A DNA stretch of 64,000 nt from the NCBI GenBank assembly GCA_030390025.1, contig CM059431.1, forward strand, positions 124,932,001-124,996,000, given 5' to 3'. The first letter of the stretch is position 1. The number at the start of each line of letters is the position of its first letter. Under the pieces are notes generated by a model. The model was not told the origin of the DNA and did not search any database. It saw only the letters and a program-made list of their open reading frames with translations. The translations under genes were made by a program, and so were the position numbers. Of this stretch, positions 48,094 to 61,600 are shown piece after piece. The DNA comes from Squalus acanthias (lineage: Eukaryota).

Positions 48094-49899
48094 AGGTGAA
48101 GCTCCATTCCAGGAGCACAATTTTGTAAAATTACCCCTTATAAATGAACAACTCAGAAGTCTAAGGTAAAGTCTGAAGTTATGTGTAACTCAGGATTTCA
48201 TTAACTGACAACCGTGTCCTCCGATTCAGCTTAAAGATGGGCAGATTTTCAACTTGCTACCCATGCAAAAAACTGGCATTGCAGATCGGCCACCCATTAC
48301 AGAAACAGCCCAAATTTCATTTTCATTGAGTGAATCTTCACTTTCGTTCCAGTGACAACCTTAGACTATGTGCACTTAGTTTTCCTTTTATTATAAAAAT
48401 GATTTCTAATTCCTTAGTGACTCTTCATAGTTAATTGACTTAAGGCTCAGGGCCATTCTGGTTACCCTTAGTTGAGTCCTCTAGCTTTTTTATAAATAAA
48501 GTTTGAATTAAAGGGAAAAAATGTTCAGAGCGTATTGTGTGCTGCCCACAATTTTCTGGACATTAATTTACTGACTTCCTGCTAGTTCAAGTCAGCTTGA
48601 TTTTTATTTTAGACATTATGCATGAATTTGAAGGTTGTTGGCCATTCTCATTAAATGTAGGTGCGGTGAAATTGGTCTTGGGCGATAGCACAAAATGGGC
48701 GATAATGAATCGGCAGCCTGTTTAGACCCAACCTGAACTTTTAAAGTCAGGCAGGATGTAAAACGGGTTAGCAATTCGCTATCAACCGCTTTGTGCGATT
48801 GCCCCCAGTCTCTTGAAGGATATTACAGCTGATACCCAGCTATTCAAATAATTATTTACTTTTACTTACCCCATGGTGGGTGGGGGAGGGGGTTAAGCTT
48901 CCAAGTTAATTAAAACAAATCCACAGAGAATCATGGGCAGCATGCTCGTAATTTTCCAATATGCACTGAAAGTGGGAAAAGTTCTTCAATAGCAGTGCAA
49001 ACATGGAAAATGACCGCCTGCATGTTCAATGAGTTAAAACAGGCCCTGATCCACTGAATGAGAGATAGATAGATATTCATAACCTTTGTCTTATTAAAGA
49101 GGTTAAGGTCATTGATCAGGCTTTTTGTTTTCCAATATTCTATGCCTACTAATCTGGCTGTGTGACCTTGATCGCAACCAGGTAAAATGAATGGAGGTAT
49201 AAATTGTGAATGACCTATAATGTACCCAAATTGCAATGGATCAAGGAAGGATTAGAACTCATCAAACACACATTCACAGAAAAAAACCTTTGTATATTTC
49301 ACTACAGTATTAACAAAGACATGATGCACAAATCAGATCTGAGGTCTCTAGTGGCATCTCTTTAGAAACTAGGATGCCTTCTGCATTACATTAATAATCA
49401 GGAACATATCTTTCCACCACTGATCAAATAAATACTGAATATAAATAAAGAACAAGGAAAGAATTCTCTGATCCTCCTTCCATAACTATTTTGCGTTCCA
49501 TGAAGACCATATGATTTGTGTATTATAACTTTTATGGAGTTGGTAAAATTGGTTTCAGACTTAGCTACCAAGAAACATTTGGGTCATTCTAGCACACCCA
49601 GGAAATAATTATTCTAAGACCTTTGTTTTGTTACTTTCAAAACATGCTACCAAGGGTTTATTCAATCTGTTTACGATATTCCTATAGTACTTATAGGGGT
49701 TGATACAATGTTTTGTTCCTGTAGTGCTGATGTACATCAGATGCCAACTCCCATCAGCCTGCTTAGTGAACCATTCAGCTGGCATGGCCATAATTCACTC
49801 CAAAGTATCTGTGCTGCTTAAAGTCAGAAGCATCTCTCATGCTAAGCTTATTGTGGCCTCAGTTTTGATGTAATTTTGAGGGATCCTCATCATAATGCA

Positions 49900-50128
49900 A
49901 TAGCAAAATACTGCGGATGCTGGAAATCCGAAATAACAACAGAAAACGCTGGAAAAACTCAGCAGGCCAGGCAGCATCCGTGGAGAGAGAAAGAGAGTTA
50001 ACGTTTCAGGTCGATGACATTTCATCAGTTCTGATGAAAGGTCATCGACCTGAAACGTTAACTCTCTTTCTCTCTCCACGGATGCTGCCTGGCCTGCTGA
50101 GTTTTTCCAGCGTTTTCTGTTGTTATTT
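49900..50128. mobile_element. Penelope-like element derivative: inverted pLTR palindrome
   Basis: 99-bp arms 49930-50028 and 50031-50129 (1 mismatch, 2-nt loop). 14-bp TSD CTCATCATAATGCA at 49886-49899 and 50129-50142. Confidence 0.88.
50027..50063 (+). ncRNA. Minimal type I hammerhead ribozyme motif (a mirror copy lies on the - strand, 49996-50032)
   Basis: Stem I AGTT/AACT, core CTGATGA (50031-37), stem II AGGTC-atc-GACCT, GAAA (50052-55), palindromic stem III ACGT, GUU cleavage triplet ending at 50059. Confidence 0.8.
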
Positions 50129-50360
50129 CTCATCATAATGCAGCTGGAGTGCCTCAGCAGTGCTCCAGAAACATAGACCGGAATTTTAACATCAAAGGGT
50201 GAGTGGTTTTGGGAGCAGGTGGGTGGTTAAAAACGCATCAAGAAGCCAGCTTCAACAAGCCGGCTTCTGCATGTAACTCGAGTGCATGCGGCTGCGAGCG
50301 AGAAACCCCCTCGAGTTAGCGATTAAGAGCCTTTTTTACCGGGGTTTCAACTTTTACTGT

Positions 50361-51195
50361 GGGGGGGGATTTTCCCAGCCCTGAGGAGGCAGGTTTGGAG
50401 GCGGGACTGCCGGGAAAATGGCAGAAACTGGGAGCGGGTACCGACCCCGTTCCCAACCCGCCTCTGTGCCATCTCCCCGGGAGGCGGTTCCCCGAGTCGA
50501 GCAGGGATCCGTCTCCTCGAGGCGGGAAGGGGATTACAGCCAATTAACTGCCTGTTAACAGGCAGTTTTGAGGCTTATCCCCATTTTGCCCCTGCATGTG
50601 TGGGCTCCCCGACGGCTGCGAACCTCGCCAGGGTCAGCAAGGCGAGCAGTGGGTCTGCGGGGGTGAGAGGGATCGAAAAGTGCGCTGTGGAGGTGAGTGA
50701 TGGGTGCAAGTGTGGAGAAGTAAGTATGAGAGGTGAGTGTAAAGTGTTGGAAAAAGTTTCCTTACCTTTGCTTCTTTCTGCAGGCTTCAACCCTTGGGGA
50801 TCCGGATGTGCCTCATCTCACCGGCAGAGATGACAGAATGGCTGCTGCATTCTCAGATGCAGCAGCCATCTGATTTCTGCTGAGGAAAGAGGTTTTGGTG
50901 AGTCTTTGTGCAAGGACTCAACATAGAACAGAGATTGTCAGTGTATGACAGCTTCTCTAAGCTGTCAAACGCTGAAAATTTATCTGTCAAAAATTTTTGA
51001 CAGATGAAACGTCATACGCTGACGTCCTCTGTCACCGGCTTTCCCTTAATTGGCCGGCTAAACCCGCAGGGCAGGCTTAACAAGGTCACTCGAGGGAAAA
51101 GAGTGTGGGTTGGCCGGACGTCGTTGGGGGTGGGACTAAAACCTGACAACCAGCAGTCCCGCCCCCAATGTGCCCCCTTTGATAAAATCCAGCAC
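50361..51195 (-). mobile_element. Non-autonomous Harbinger, family A copy 3
   Basis: GGGGGGGGATTTT / AAAATCCAGCAC ends, TGT flanks, family hairpin ATCTGTCAAAAATTTTTGACAGAT. Confidence 0.85.
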
Positions 51196-51538
51196 TGTGT
51201 GTCCACAGGATTCCCGGGCTTCCTGAGTGGAAGCAAGGTGAGAGCAGAGCGGCAATTGAATGGGCTGAAAAAATAACAGTCAAAAAATCCCATAAGTACT
51301 GAGACCTCACACCTGCTTCCTTGCCGAAGGGAAAGGCTGTTGCTCACAGCACTTGTTCTGAGAGTTTGCGTTCAGGACTTTGCAGGTGATTTCTACAAAT
51401 TTGGAGGTCACTCGCAGTACACTGGAGGTCACTCTCAGTACACTGGAAAGCAGTCTCAGTACACTAGAGATCGCTCTCACTACATTGAAGGATTGTGTGT
51501 CTGATCTCCACTTTACATCTGTCAGATATCAGATCAGC

Positions 51539-54193
51539 ATTGGTGCTGCTTATGCTGTTTCACCTTGGATCTCAGATGAGGAACAAGATGAACACCAGCA
51601 GCAACACCAGCAGGAGCAGCAGGAGCATTCTCCGACTGACCTGCTGCTCCACAGGAGAAAGAGGATGAGCATAAGGTTGCAGTTTGCAGGAGGCGATACC
51701 CCCAACACAGGGTATACAGGCAGAGGATCAGCTTCCTGGACATGACTGAACACCAGTGCCTCAGGGGACTCAGGCTATCATGTCAGGTCACGGTAGACAT
51801 TTGTGGCTTGCTGGAAGAAGACCTGTTGCCAAATGGACCTGGAGGACTCGCGTTACCAGTGGTTGTCAAAGTGACTACCAATCTCAACTTCTTCCCTCAG
51901 GCTTTATCCAGGGATCTGCAGGAGATATTTGCAGGATTTTGCAGTCAGCCGCCCACAAATGCATCACCCAGGTGACCAATGCCATGTTTGCCGGGGCAGG
52001 CAGTTATGTGCACTTTGGCACTGGTGAAGCCAGTCAGAATGAGAGGGCGCTCGGCTTTGCGGATCTGGCTGGCTTCCCACAGGTGCAGGGTGTCATCGAC
52101 TGCACACATGTGGCCATCAAGGCTCCCCCAGATCACCCAGGCGTGTCGGGAACCATAAGGGCTTCCACTCCATCAATATGCAGTTCATCTGCAACCACAA
52201 AAAGATCATCATGCAGATGTGTGCCAGATTCCCAGGGAGCTGTCATGATTCATTCATCCTGCGCCAGTCCACATTCACTCAGCTCTTCGCACCTCCATCC
52301 AGGCTCACCGGCTGGCTGCTTGGAAACAAGGGGTATCCACTGAAGATGTGGCTGATGACACCCTTGAGGAGGCCAAGCAATGAGGCCGAAGAGGGCTACA
52401 ATCAAAGCCAACTGATGATGAGATGTGTTGTAAGGGTTTGTGCCTGTGTCTCAGACGGTGCTGGTGCGAGGTTAGGCCTTCATTGCCTAATACTATTGCT
52501 TGCTCTGGTCTCCGGCCAGCCTTTTTGCAATAAGCACCTGTGAGTGGTTCGACCCACTCACCCTTACAGTTCTAACACTGGACTTAGGTGCAGGAGCAGT
52601 AATGCAGCGAAAACTCAAATAGACCCGGTTGAATAGTACGAAATGGAAATCTTTATTGCATAGCGTCCAAAATCATGAAGTACATGTCATAGGCGCAAAT
52701 TAACGAGAGTACAAGTATACATACATTCATAAAGCTTGGTCTATGGAAATGAAGAACGCATGGCACATCGTAAAAAGGGGAACACATTATACTTTATCCT
52801 TAATAAAACCACCCTCCCTTATCAATACCTACACTACGTCTAGATTTGTCGGATCGGGAAACATGCTCATCACTCGTGTTAGTTCGGAGAATTTTAAAGT
52901 GAGGCACTCGGCTCGTTTCGCTGCAGCGCCTGACTGTCACGTGTTTGGAAGGGTCTCTGTACCCCACTTGTTTATCTTCGCTGCTGCAACAAGCAGGCCC
53001 GACTCCCTGTTGTCACGAAGAACTCGACAGAACTCGGACAAGGTTGTAGAACTCAAAGAAAAGTCTTCCTGTTCCCGACACCGGTTGTCGGTAGATTTCA
53101 ATGAAGAGTCTTTCTTGTATTTTCGGGCGCGGTCGGGGTTTACTGACCGTGGCGGCACGTGGATTCTTCTTCTTTTCTTGTCATTTCGTCTTGTCTTTTC
53201 GGGCCTTCGGGTCCAGACACCGTTTACCGACTCTCGGGATGGTGCACCCGGTCACTTGCCCCGTCGGGGCGGCTCGTTCCGTTTGAGCTCCACCCAACAT
53301 TCGAATAACCGTCCAGTGCGGCTAAAAGTCAAGAGTCAACAGAGTCCAGCCCTAAAGAAGAGCTTCAGCAGTCGGCAGTGAGTCGAATCAAGCGCATAAG
53401 AGGCCAGCTGGGAGAATAAGAGACCGATGGACATTTGTTCACTATAGTTATAGTGCTGTGTTCCCTTATCTCCCGCTCAAATCTTAATGTTTGTCTTTTG
53501 TGTAATATTGCCGCTCAAAACTCCCAGCATGGGGCGATTCTTCTCTTTAACGGGTTTCGGTAGCACCTGAAACTGGCCAACTACCCGTTAATGTTTTCCC
53601 CATTGTTGACCCAGCCAGGATTGTATGAACCGTCTACCTGACTTGTTTTGGGGGCCCCCGAATACTTGTTTAATCACTCGTCGATGTCTCTCTCATTGTA
53701 GAGCCGTGGGGGTATTTGTGTATTGATGTGTCTGGATGGGCCTTCGATTGCCCAGTACAATGGTCCTTACTTGTGCATGGAAAACGATTCCAGCACTTAT
53801 ATCTTTGCTATTGTTCCAAATGCAAACAGGTTGCATCCTGTCTTTATCAGTGTTTATCGAGTATGATCCAATCTTATATTGAAATGTTTATTCGAACGCC
53901 ATCTTGTCTGCCCACTGTAATTCTGGAAGCTTCTGCCACGATGCGCGGCGGCCATTTTACAGGCTTCTGTGTCCTTTATATCATGACAGCGTTTCGTTTA
54001 ATAAAACTGATCAAACGAATCTGCTTCTATCTTGTTATTTTGAATCGCGATAATTGCGAAACTTTACAGTGTAATAGAGCGAGCAATTGGGATGCTGAAG
54101 CTATGCTTCAGATGCCTGGACAAATCTGGACGAGCCCTTCATTATGCACCAGCCAGGGCCTCCAGAATAATTGTGGTATTCTACGCTCTGCAC
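51539..54193 (+). pseudogene. Harbinger DDE transposase (HARBI1-like), frameshifted and split by a solo LTR
   Basis: [40 protein letters not shown] (catalytic D to N), then MRC[LTR]VIERAIGMLKLCFRCLDKSGRALHY. Confidence 0.92.
52429..54068 (-). mobile_element. Solo LTR, 1640 bp
   Basis: TGTAA...TTACA termini and perfect GTGT TSD (52425-28, 54069-72). On the - strand: AATAAA (~52652-57), TATA-like motif (~53450), YY1-like AAAATGGCCGCC/AAGATGGCG in U3. Confidence 0.9.
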
Positions 54194-55304
54194 AGGTGGC
54201 ATTCAGAATGTGCAAGCTGTTGGTGAGAGCAAGCACACACTCGTTTGAATGCCACGTTTGATGCAACATACAGGTGGGCACCCTTTCCATGGATGAACAC
54301 ATCAAAGCCACGGCCTGCGACATCATGCCAGTCATGCTGGAGATGGACTCCTCCATTCTCTCTGCAAGTGAGCACATTGCGGCTGGAATAGCTGCCAGAG
54401 CCTCATGCATTTTCTGTTGCTCCTCCAGAATCATCCTCTTTGACAACGGCCCCCGAGGTTCAGCACATTCATCCAGCTGATCAGAGCTTGGAGCGTCCTG
54501 CACCCTCCAATGAGGACTCTACACTGCTGTCCTTGCCTGCACCATCTGTTCTTGCTCACATGTGATCTGTGGGACAACAGGTGACAACACAACTATCTGA
54601 CTTATTGGTCCCACCGACATGTGTGTATGTGCGCTGGTGCTTGCTGTGCATGTGTCCTTTTGACGGTGCACCCTCAGAGTCAGCAACTTCCTCTGAGGAG
54701 TCTTCCTCCTCTGACTGGACTGGCTGCAGGACACTTTATGGGCCTGTGGGAGAGTAAAGACATGAATTCATAGAATCATAGAATCATAGAATGGTTACAG
54801 CAGGGAAGGAGGCCATTCGGCCGTGAAGCCCGTGCCGGCTCTCTGCAAGAGCACTTCAGCTAATTCCACTCCCCTGCCCTTTCCCCACAGCCTTTCATTT
54901 TTTTTTCCTTCAGGTATTTATCGAATTCCCTTTTGAAAGCCACGATTGAATCTGCCTCCACCACCCTTTCAGGCAGTTCATTCCAGATCCTAACCACTCG
55001 CTGTGTAAAAAAGTTTTCCCTCATGTCACCTTTGGTTCTTTTGCCAATCACCATAAATCTGTGTCCTCTGGTTCTTGACCCTTCGCCAATGGGAACAGTT
55101 TCTCTCTATCTACTCTGTCCAGACCCCTTATGATTTTGACCAACTAAATCAAATCTCCTCTCAACCTTCTCAACCCCAGTTTCTCCAGTCTATCCATGTA
55201 ACTGAAGTCCCTCATCCCTGGAACCATTCCTGTAATTTTTTTCTGCACCCTCTCTAAGGCCTTCACATCCTTCCGAAAGTGCAGTGTCCAGAATTGGACA
55301 CAAT

Positions 55305-58300
55305 CGGCTCGATTTTGCCAGGCCCGAGGAGGCGGGATTGGAGGCGTCTGAGGTGGTAAAATCGCAAAAAATGGCAGACATCCTGATCCCGCCTCCATCC
55401 CGCCTCTGAGCAATTTTCCCAAATGCGTGTTTTCTGACCCCGTTTCCATCCCACCTCAAGAGGCGGGATAGGCCAGGCCCTTAACAACCAGTTAAGTGTC
55501 TCTATAATCTCATTTTGAGAGGCCTTTCTGATTTTACCACTTTTCCCACAACCTACACGTCTCCTCTGGAAGACGCCAGTGAATCCTGGCAGTCTCACAA
55601 GTGGGCTGCTTACTAACAGCTGCAGCTCCACCATTAAAAAGGAGTTTTCAGCAATCATCATTTGCAGGTGGCAAAACTTTGTTGTCTCAGGTCTGGGGGA
55701 ACTTTTGTAGAAGTTTGGAGCCTGAGACCCATTTCCAGTGTGACCTCCTGGGAAACCCCTCTCGCCTCCTTGACTGAGCGCATCCTCAACTGAGGCATAT
55801 ACCAGAAGCATCGGAACCATTTTTTTCCTTTCCTCCTGGACATCAGATTCGGACGAAGACCAGCCGTGGCAGCAGCAGAACCATGAACAACAGCACCACC
55901 AACAGCAGCAGCAACAACAGGAGCGCCAAGCTGCTGCTCACCCACCTGAAGCTGCACAGGCCAGAAGGCGCCAGCGCGCGACCACATTGCTGCCCGGGAT
56001 GCAAGGGACGCACTTATCTTGGCCAGATTTGCATAGCCTGCACAATCAAACACTTTTGCCTTACACCTTTATATCAGACCATCGACAATGGCCAAGAACC
56101 TGCGGATTCCTATCACTCTGACCATCATACTGACAATTGCAAGTCGCCCTAAGCCCTCAATGTGGAAGTTAGGCGAAATGACACATGCCACAACTTCAAC
56201 AGTTTGCCATCAGAATTTTTTATGACAATAAGCAACTGATGGCTTTTCAAAATTAAACGCATTACACCCAAGTGACTACCCTTGTGACTACTTGTGCATT
56301 ATCTTCCTCTTACGCGTGCTCCTACTTGGTGCTTCCCCTGTGGCTTCAGCAGGTGTGGAGGCTCCTTGCTCACTTTCTTGCTGCTCCTGTCTCAACACCT
56401 TTGGCAGGCGCCCTCTGGGGTTGTGAACCTGTGAGGGCTCGGCAACAGTCTGCTGCTCCTGCGGCTGTGCAGGGGTTGAGACGCCGATCTCAGTTGGGTG
56501 GGGACTCTGGTGGGGCTCTGACCGAGGGCTCTGCAGTGGCATGGTCGTGTGAGCGCTTGGAGAGGAGCCCCCACTTCCTTGTTGTCTGCCACCAACATCC
56601 CTCTCATGGGTCAACCCCACTTCAGAGCTAGCAAGTTGCTGGACAGCACCTTGCTGCACTTGAGGGGGGCCATGAGGACCCGTTTCTGCACTGGAAGTCC
56701 TACTCCAGAGGACTTACATGAAGGTCTGGTTTGTTTGCTCAATAGCTGACCATCGCTCCTCAAGAGATGTCAGTCTATTCTGAACCATTACCATGTTTTC
56801 CATACCCTGGCGACTCAGCTCCTCCATGGCCGTAACCATCCTCTCCTCTACAGAAGCCATCCTCTCCTCTACGGTAGCCAGCCTTACCATGGAGGTAGCC
56901 ATCCTTTCCAAGGAGGTTGCCATCCTTTCCGTGGTGATGCATTCATGCGCCAACGCCTCCACAAAGGCTCTGCTCATGTTAGCGATGGACTCCTCCATTC
57001 GCTCCACACTCGCAGCGACCCTGGAGACAAAACCTGCCAGAGACTCCTGCACCTGTTCCTGGAGTTCCAGCACCGCTCTCCTTCTGGATGGACCCGGAGG
57101 CAAAGGGTCGACATGCAGCGGAGCCGAGCTGGGAGCGTCCTCTCCACAGTGACGAGGACTCTCCACTGCTGTCCCTGTCTCCACCATCTGCTGATGCTCA
57201 CTTGTGAGCTGTAATACATCAGGTGACGACTCTACTCTATGTCCAGAAGGTCTCACCGAGGTGTGAGTGTCTGCGCTGGTGCAGGGTGCGCTTAATTCTG
57301 CTGACGGAGCACCCTCAGAGGTTGCAGCTTCCTCTGAGGAGTCTGGAAGCTCAGGCTCTTCCTCCTGGACAGTGGGGACGAGGGCTCTCGATGGTCCTGT
57401 GGGGGAGTAAAGGAAAGAGTTAGAGATGTGAGGTAAAGGTTGCATGCACATTGAATTGTGCAGATGATCATATGTCAATCTGTAAGAGCATCAGAATCAT
57501 TATCAGTCACTCATGCAATGTCAATGAGAGAGATGCCAAACTATTCTGTCACCAGCTTGCTGTGATGCGCCCGCATGTCCGTCCCCCATTTGGGAATCCT
57601 CCTCGATCCCGGCAATTTCCAGGGCCGCCTCCTCCGAGGTGGTGAGCTGGGCTACTGAGGGTGGCCCTCCTCCTGTCCTCACTCTTTCCCTCTTATTGTG
57701 GGCTCTCTTTTCCTGCAATGAGGGACACAAGTGGAGTTTGAGTGAGAATGAAGGAGTGAGTGTAGAGAATCCATAGCATAGATGCTTAGAAGGAGACAAA
57801 GGGCCCTCCCTGTGTGTTGTAAGTTGTTGTCATTGTGTCACAGTGATAGGGCGTGTGAGGGCTGCATGGTCGAATAGTTAAGTGAATGTGACCATAGAGA
57901 GAGAGGGAGTGGGTAAGGCTGCAGGGATGTCAGTGTCAAGTGGGATGTGGAGGAAGAGGTTGGCAAAGCTGAGTGCTGGTGATGAGAGGCGATGGGGATC
58001 AGATTGAGGGTGATGGGAAAGTCATACTCACTTTTCCTGTGCGGAGAAGGTCATGAAACCTCTTCCTGCACTGCAGCCAGGTTCTGCAGCACATAGAGAT
58101 GGCATTGACCTCCTGGGCCACTTGCAGCCACACAGCTTTAGTCTGTTGTGGTGGCTTTTTTCTCCCTGAGGAAGGGAAGAGAACCTCCTTATTAGATCTT
58201 GCTCCCTGCACCAGAGCTTGGAGGGAGGGCTCATCAAAGCGAGGTGCACACTTTTGCTTGCTGGTGGACATTGTCGATAAATGAAGTCGTTCATACAATG

Positions 58301-58550
58301 TCCAAAGCGTTTCCAGTCTCCAGAAGAATCAAGGCTGCTTGCAGGCCTTAAATCCAACAGCATTTTTGACGTCATCGGAGGCGACTTTTTGTATGAAAAG
58401 ACTCATTGGGCCAGGGGTTCCCACACGCAGGAAATCAATTGCCCAATTAGGGAAAATCCCACTTTTTCAACACATCACTTCGGAGTCGGGGTCCTGACAC
58501 GATTTCCACCTGACACGCCCCAGCTCGCCCACACTGACAAAATCAAGCCC
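55305..58550. mobile_element. Myb-only Harbinger derivative, copy 1 (3246 bp)
   Basis: TIR CGGCTCGATTTT / AAAATCAAGCCC and AAT TSD (55302-04, 58551-53). Confidence 0.92.
56288..58271 (-). pseudogene. Myb/SANT-like + coiled-coil protein, 3 exons (58271-58032, 57712-57553, 57396-56288), 502 codons with one premature TAA (56714-16)
   Basis: Canonical GT/AG sites with compatible phases (0, 1). APRFDEPSLQALV..WLQVAQEV..RTWLQCRKRFHDL; basic C-terminus RSTRKRK. Confidence 0.88.
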
Positions 58551-58620
58551 AATATTTCAGTTGAGATCGGACCAGTGTTATATAAAGGCTTATCATAACT
58601 TCCTTGCTTTTGTACTCTAT

Positions 58621-61600
58621 GGGCTCGATTTTGACAGGCCCGAGGATGCGGGATTGGAGGTGTGTGAGTTGTTAAAATCACCAAAAATGGCAGGTGGGCC
58701 CGATCCCGCCTCCGAGCAATTTTCCCAAAAGCGTGTTTTCTGACCCCCTTTCCATCCCGCCTCCAATAGGCGGGATAGGCCCTTAACAACCACTTAATTG
58801 CCTCTATAATCACATTTTGAGAGGCCTTTCCGATTTTTCCTCATTCCCCCCAAGCCTCACGCCTCCTCTGGAACACGCCAGGTAATGCTGACGGCCTCAC
58901 AAGTGGATTGCTTACGAACAGCTGCAGCTCCACCATTACAAAGGAGTTTTCACCAATGACCATTTGCAGGTGGCAGAACATTGTTGTCTCAGGTCTGGGG
59001 GAACTTTTAGCAGGCATACTCAGTGTTGTGGAAGTTTGGAGCCTGACACCCATCTCCAGTGTGACCTCCTGGGAAACCCCTCTCCCCACCTTGACTGTGC
59101 GCTTCCTCAACTGAGGCATATACCAGAAGCATGGCGACCATTTAATTCCTTTCCTCCTGGACATCAGATTCGGATGAAGACCAGCCGCAGCAGCAGCAGA
59201 ACCATGAGCAACAGCAGCACCAACAGCAGCAGCATCAACAGGAGCGCCAAACTGCTAGTCACCCACCTGAAGATGCACAGGCCAGAAGTCACCAGAGCGC
59301 GACCATATTGCTGCCCAGGATGCAAGGGACGCACTCATGTTGGTCACATTTGCTTAGCCTGAACTATCAAACACTTTTGCCTCGCACCGTCTTACCAGAG
59401 CATCGCCAATGGACAACAACCTACGGATTCCTATCACTCTGACCACCATACTGACAAATGCAAGTCGCTCTAAGCCCTCAATGTGGAAGTTCCATTTGCA
59501 AAATGACACAGGCCACAACTTCAACAGTTTGCAATCAGAATTTTTTTTATCACAACAAGCAACTGGTGGCATTTCAAAAATAAGCACAACATAACACCCA
59601 AGTGCCTACCCTTGTGACTACTTGTGCATTATCTTCCTCTTACGACTGCTCCTACGTGGTGCTTCCCCTGTGGCTTCAGCAGATGTGGAGGCCCCTTGCT
59701 CAATTTCTTGCTGCTCCTGTCTCGATACCTTTGGCGGCCGTCCTCTGGTGTTGCAAACCTGTGAGGGCTCGGCAACAGTCTGCTGCTCCTGTGGCTGTGC
59801 AGGGGATGAGACGTCCATCTCAGTTGGGTGAGGATTCTGGTGGGGCTCTGATTGAGGGCTTTGCAGTGGCATGGTCGTTTGAGTGCTTGGAGAGGAGCCC
59901 CCACTTCCTTGTTGTCTGTCACCAACATCCCTCTCATGGGTCAGCCCCACTTCAGAGCTAGTAAGTGGCTTGACAGCACCTTGCTGCACTTCAGGGGGGC
60001 CATGAGGACCCGTTACTGCACTGGAAGTCCTACTCCAGAGGACTTCCATGAAGGTCTGGTTTCTATGCTCAGTAGCTGACCATCGCTCTTCAAGAGATGC
60101 CAGTCTATTCTGAACAATGACCATGTTTTCTACACTCTGGCGACTTAGCTCCTCCATGGCCGTAGCCATCCTCTCCTCTACTGTAGACATCCTTTCCACG
60201 GTGGTTGCCATGCTTTCCGTGGTGATGCGTTCATGCGCCATTGCCTCCACAAAGGCTCTGCTCATGTTCGCGATGGACTCCACCATTCGCTCCACACTCG
60301 CAGCGACCCTGGAGACAAAACCTGCCAGAGACTCCTGCACCTGTTCCTGGAGTTCCAGCACCGCTCTCGTTCTGGATGGACCCGGAGGCACAGGGTCGAC
60401 ATGCAGCTGAACCGAGCTGGCAGAGTCCTGCGCCCTCCGACAAGGACTCTCCACTGCTGTCCCTGTCTCCACCATCTGCTGATGCTCACTTGTGAGCTGT
60501 GATACACCAGGTGCCAACACTACTCTATCTCGTGAAGGTCCCACCGAGGTGTGAGTGTCTGCGCTGGTGCTGGGTGCGCTGAATTCTGCTGTGGCTGCGC
60601 CCTCAGAGGTTGCAGCTTCCTCTGAGGAGTCTGGAAGCTCAGGCTCTTACTGGACAGTGGGGACGGGGGCTTTCAATGATCCTGTGGGGGAGTAAAGGAA
60701 CGAGTTAGAGATGTGAGGTCAAGTTTACATGAACATTGAATAGTCAATCTGTTAGAGCATCAGATTCATTATTAGTGACTCATGCAATGTCTATGAGAGA
60801 GATGGCAAACTATTCTGTCACCAGCTTGCTGCGATGAGCCCATCTGTCCGTCCCCCACTTGGGAATCCTCCTCGATCCTGACAATTTCCAGGGCTGCCTC
60901 CTCCCAGGCGGTGAGCTGGGTTACTGAGGGTGGCCCTCCTCCTGTCATGGCTCTTTCCCTCTTATTGTGGGCTCTCTTTTCCTGCAATGTGGGACACAAG
61001 TGCAGTTTGAGTGAGAATGAAGGAGTGAGTTTAGATAATCCATAGCATAGATGCTTAGAAGGATACAAAGGACCATCCCTGTGTGTTGAAAGTTGTTGTT
61101 GTCATGGTATCACAGTGATAGGGAGTGTGAGGGCTGCATGCTCGAATAGTTAAGTGAATGTGATCTTCGAGAGAGAGGGAATGGGTAAGGGTGCAGGCAT
61201 GTAAGTGTCAAGTGGCATGTGAAGGAAGAGGCTGGCAAAGCAGAGTGCTGGTGAGGAGAGGCGATGGGGATCAGATTGAGGGTGATGGGAAAGTTATACT
61301 CACTTTTCCTGTGCGGAGAAGATCATGGAACCTCTCCCTGCATTGCAGCCAGGTTCTGCGGCTCAGCAAAATGGAGTTGACCTCCTGGGCCACTTGCAAC
61401 CACTCTGCTTTTGTCTGCTGGGGTGGCTTTTTTCTCCCTGAGGAAGGGAACAGCACCTCCTTATTACATCTGGCTCCGTGCACCAGAGCTTGGAGGGAGG
61501 GCTCATCAAACCGAGGTGCACACTTTTGCTTCATCATGGACATTGTCGGGAAATCAACACCTTCATACAATTTGCAGAGCCTTTGCAGTCTCCAGAGGAA

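Noticed and set aside
49837..50138. Pair of near-identical ORFs on opposite strands
   Set aside because: This is a trivial consequence of the palindrome.
52743..53381. 212-aa ORF inside the solo LTR
   Set aside because: It has no recognisable motif, is antisense to the inferred LTR orientation, and the homologous part of the copy at 1-831 has indels.
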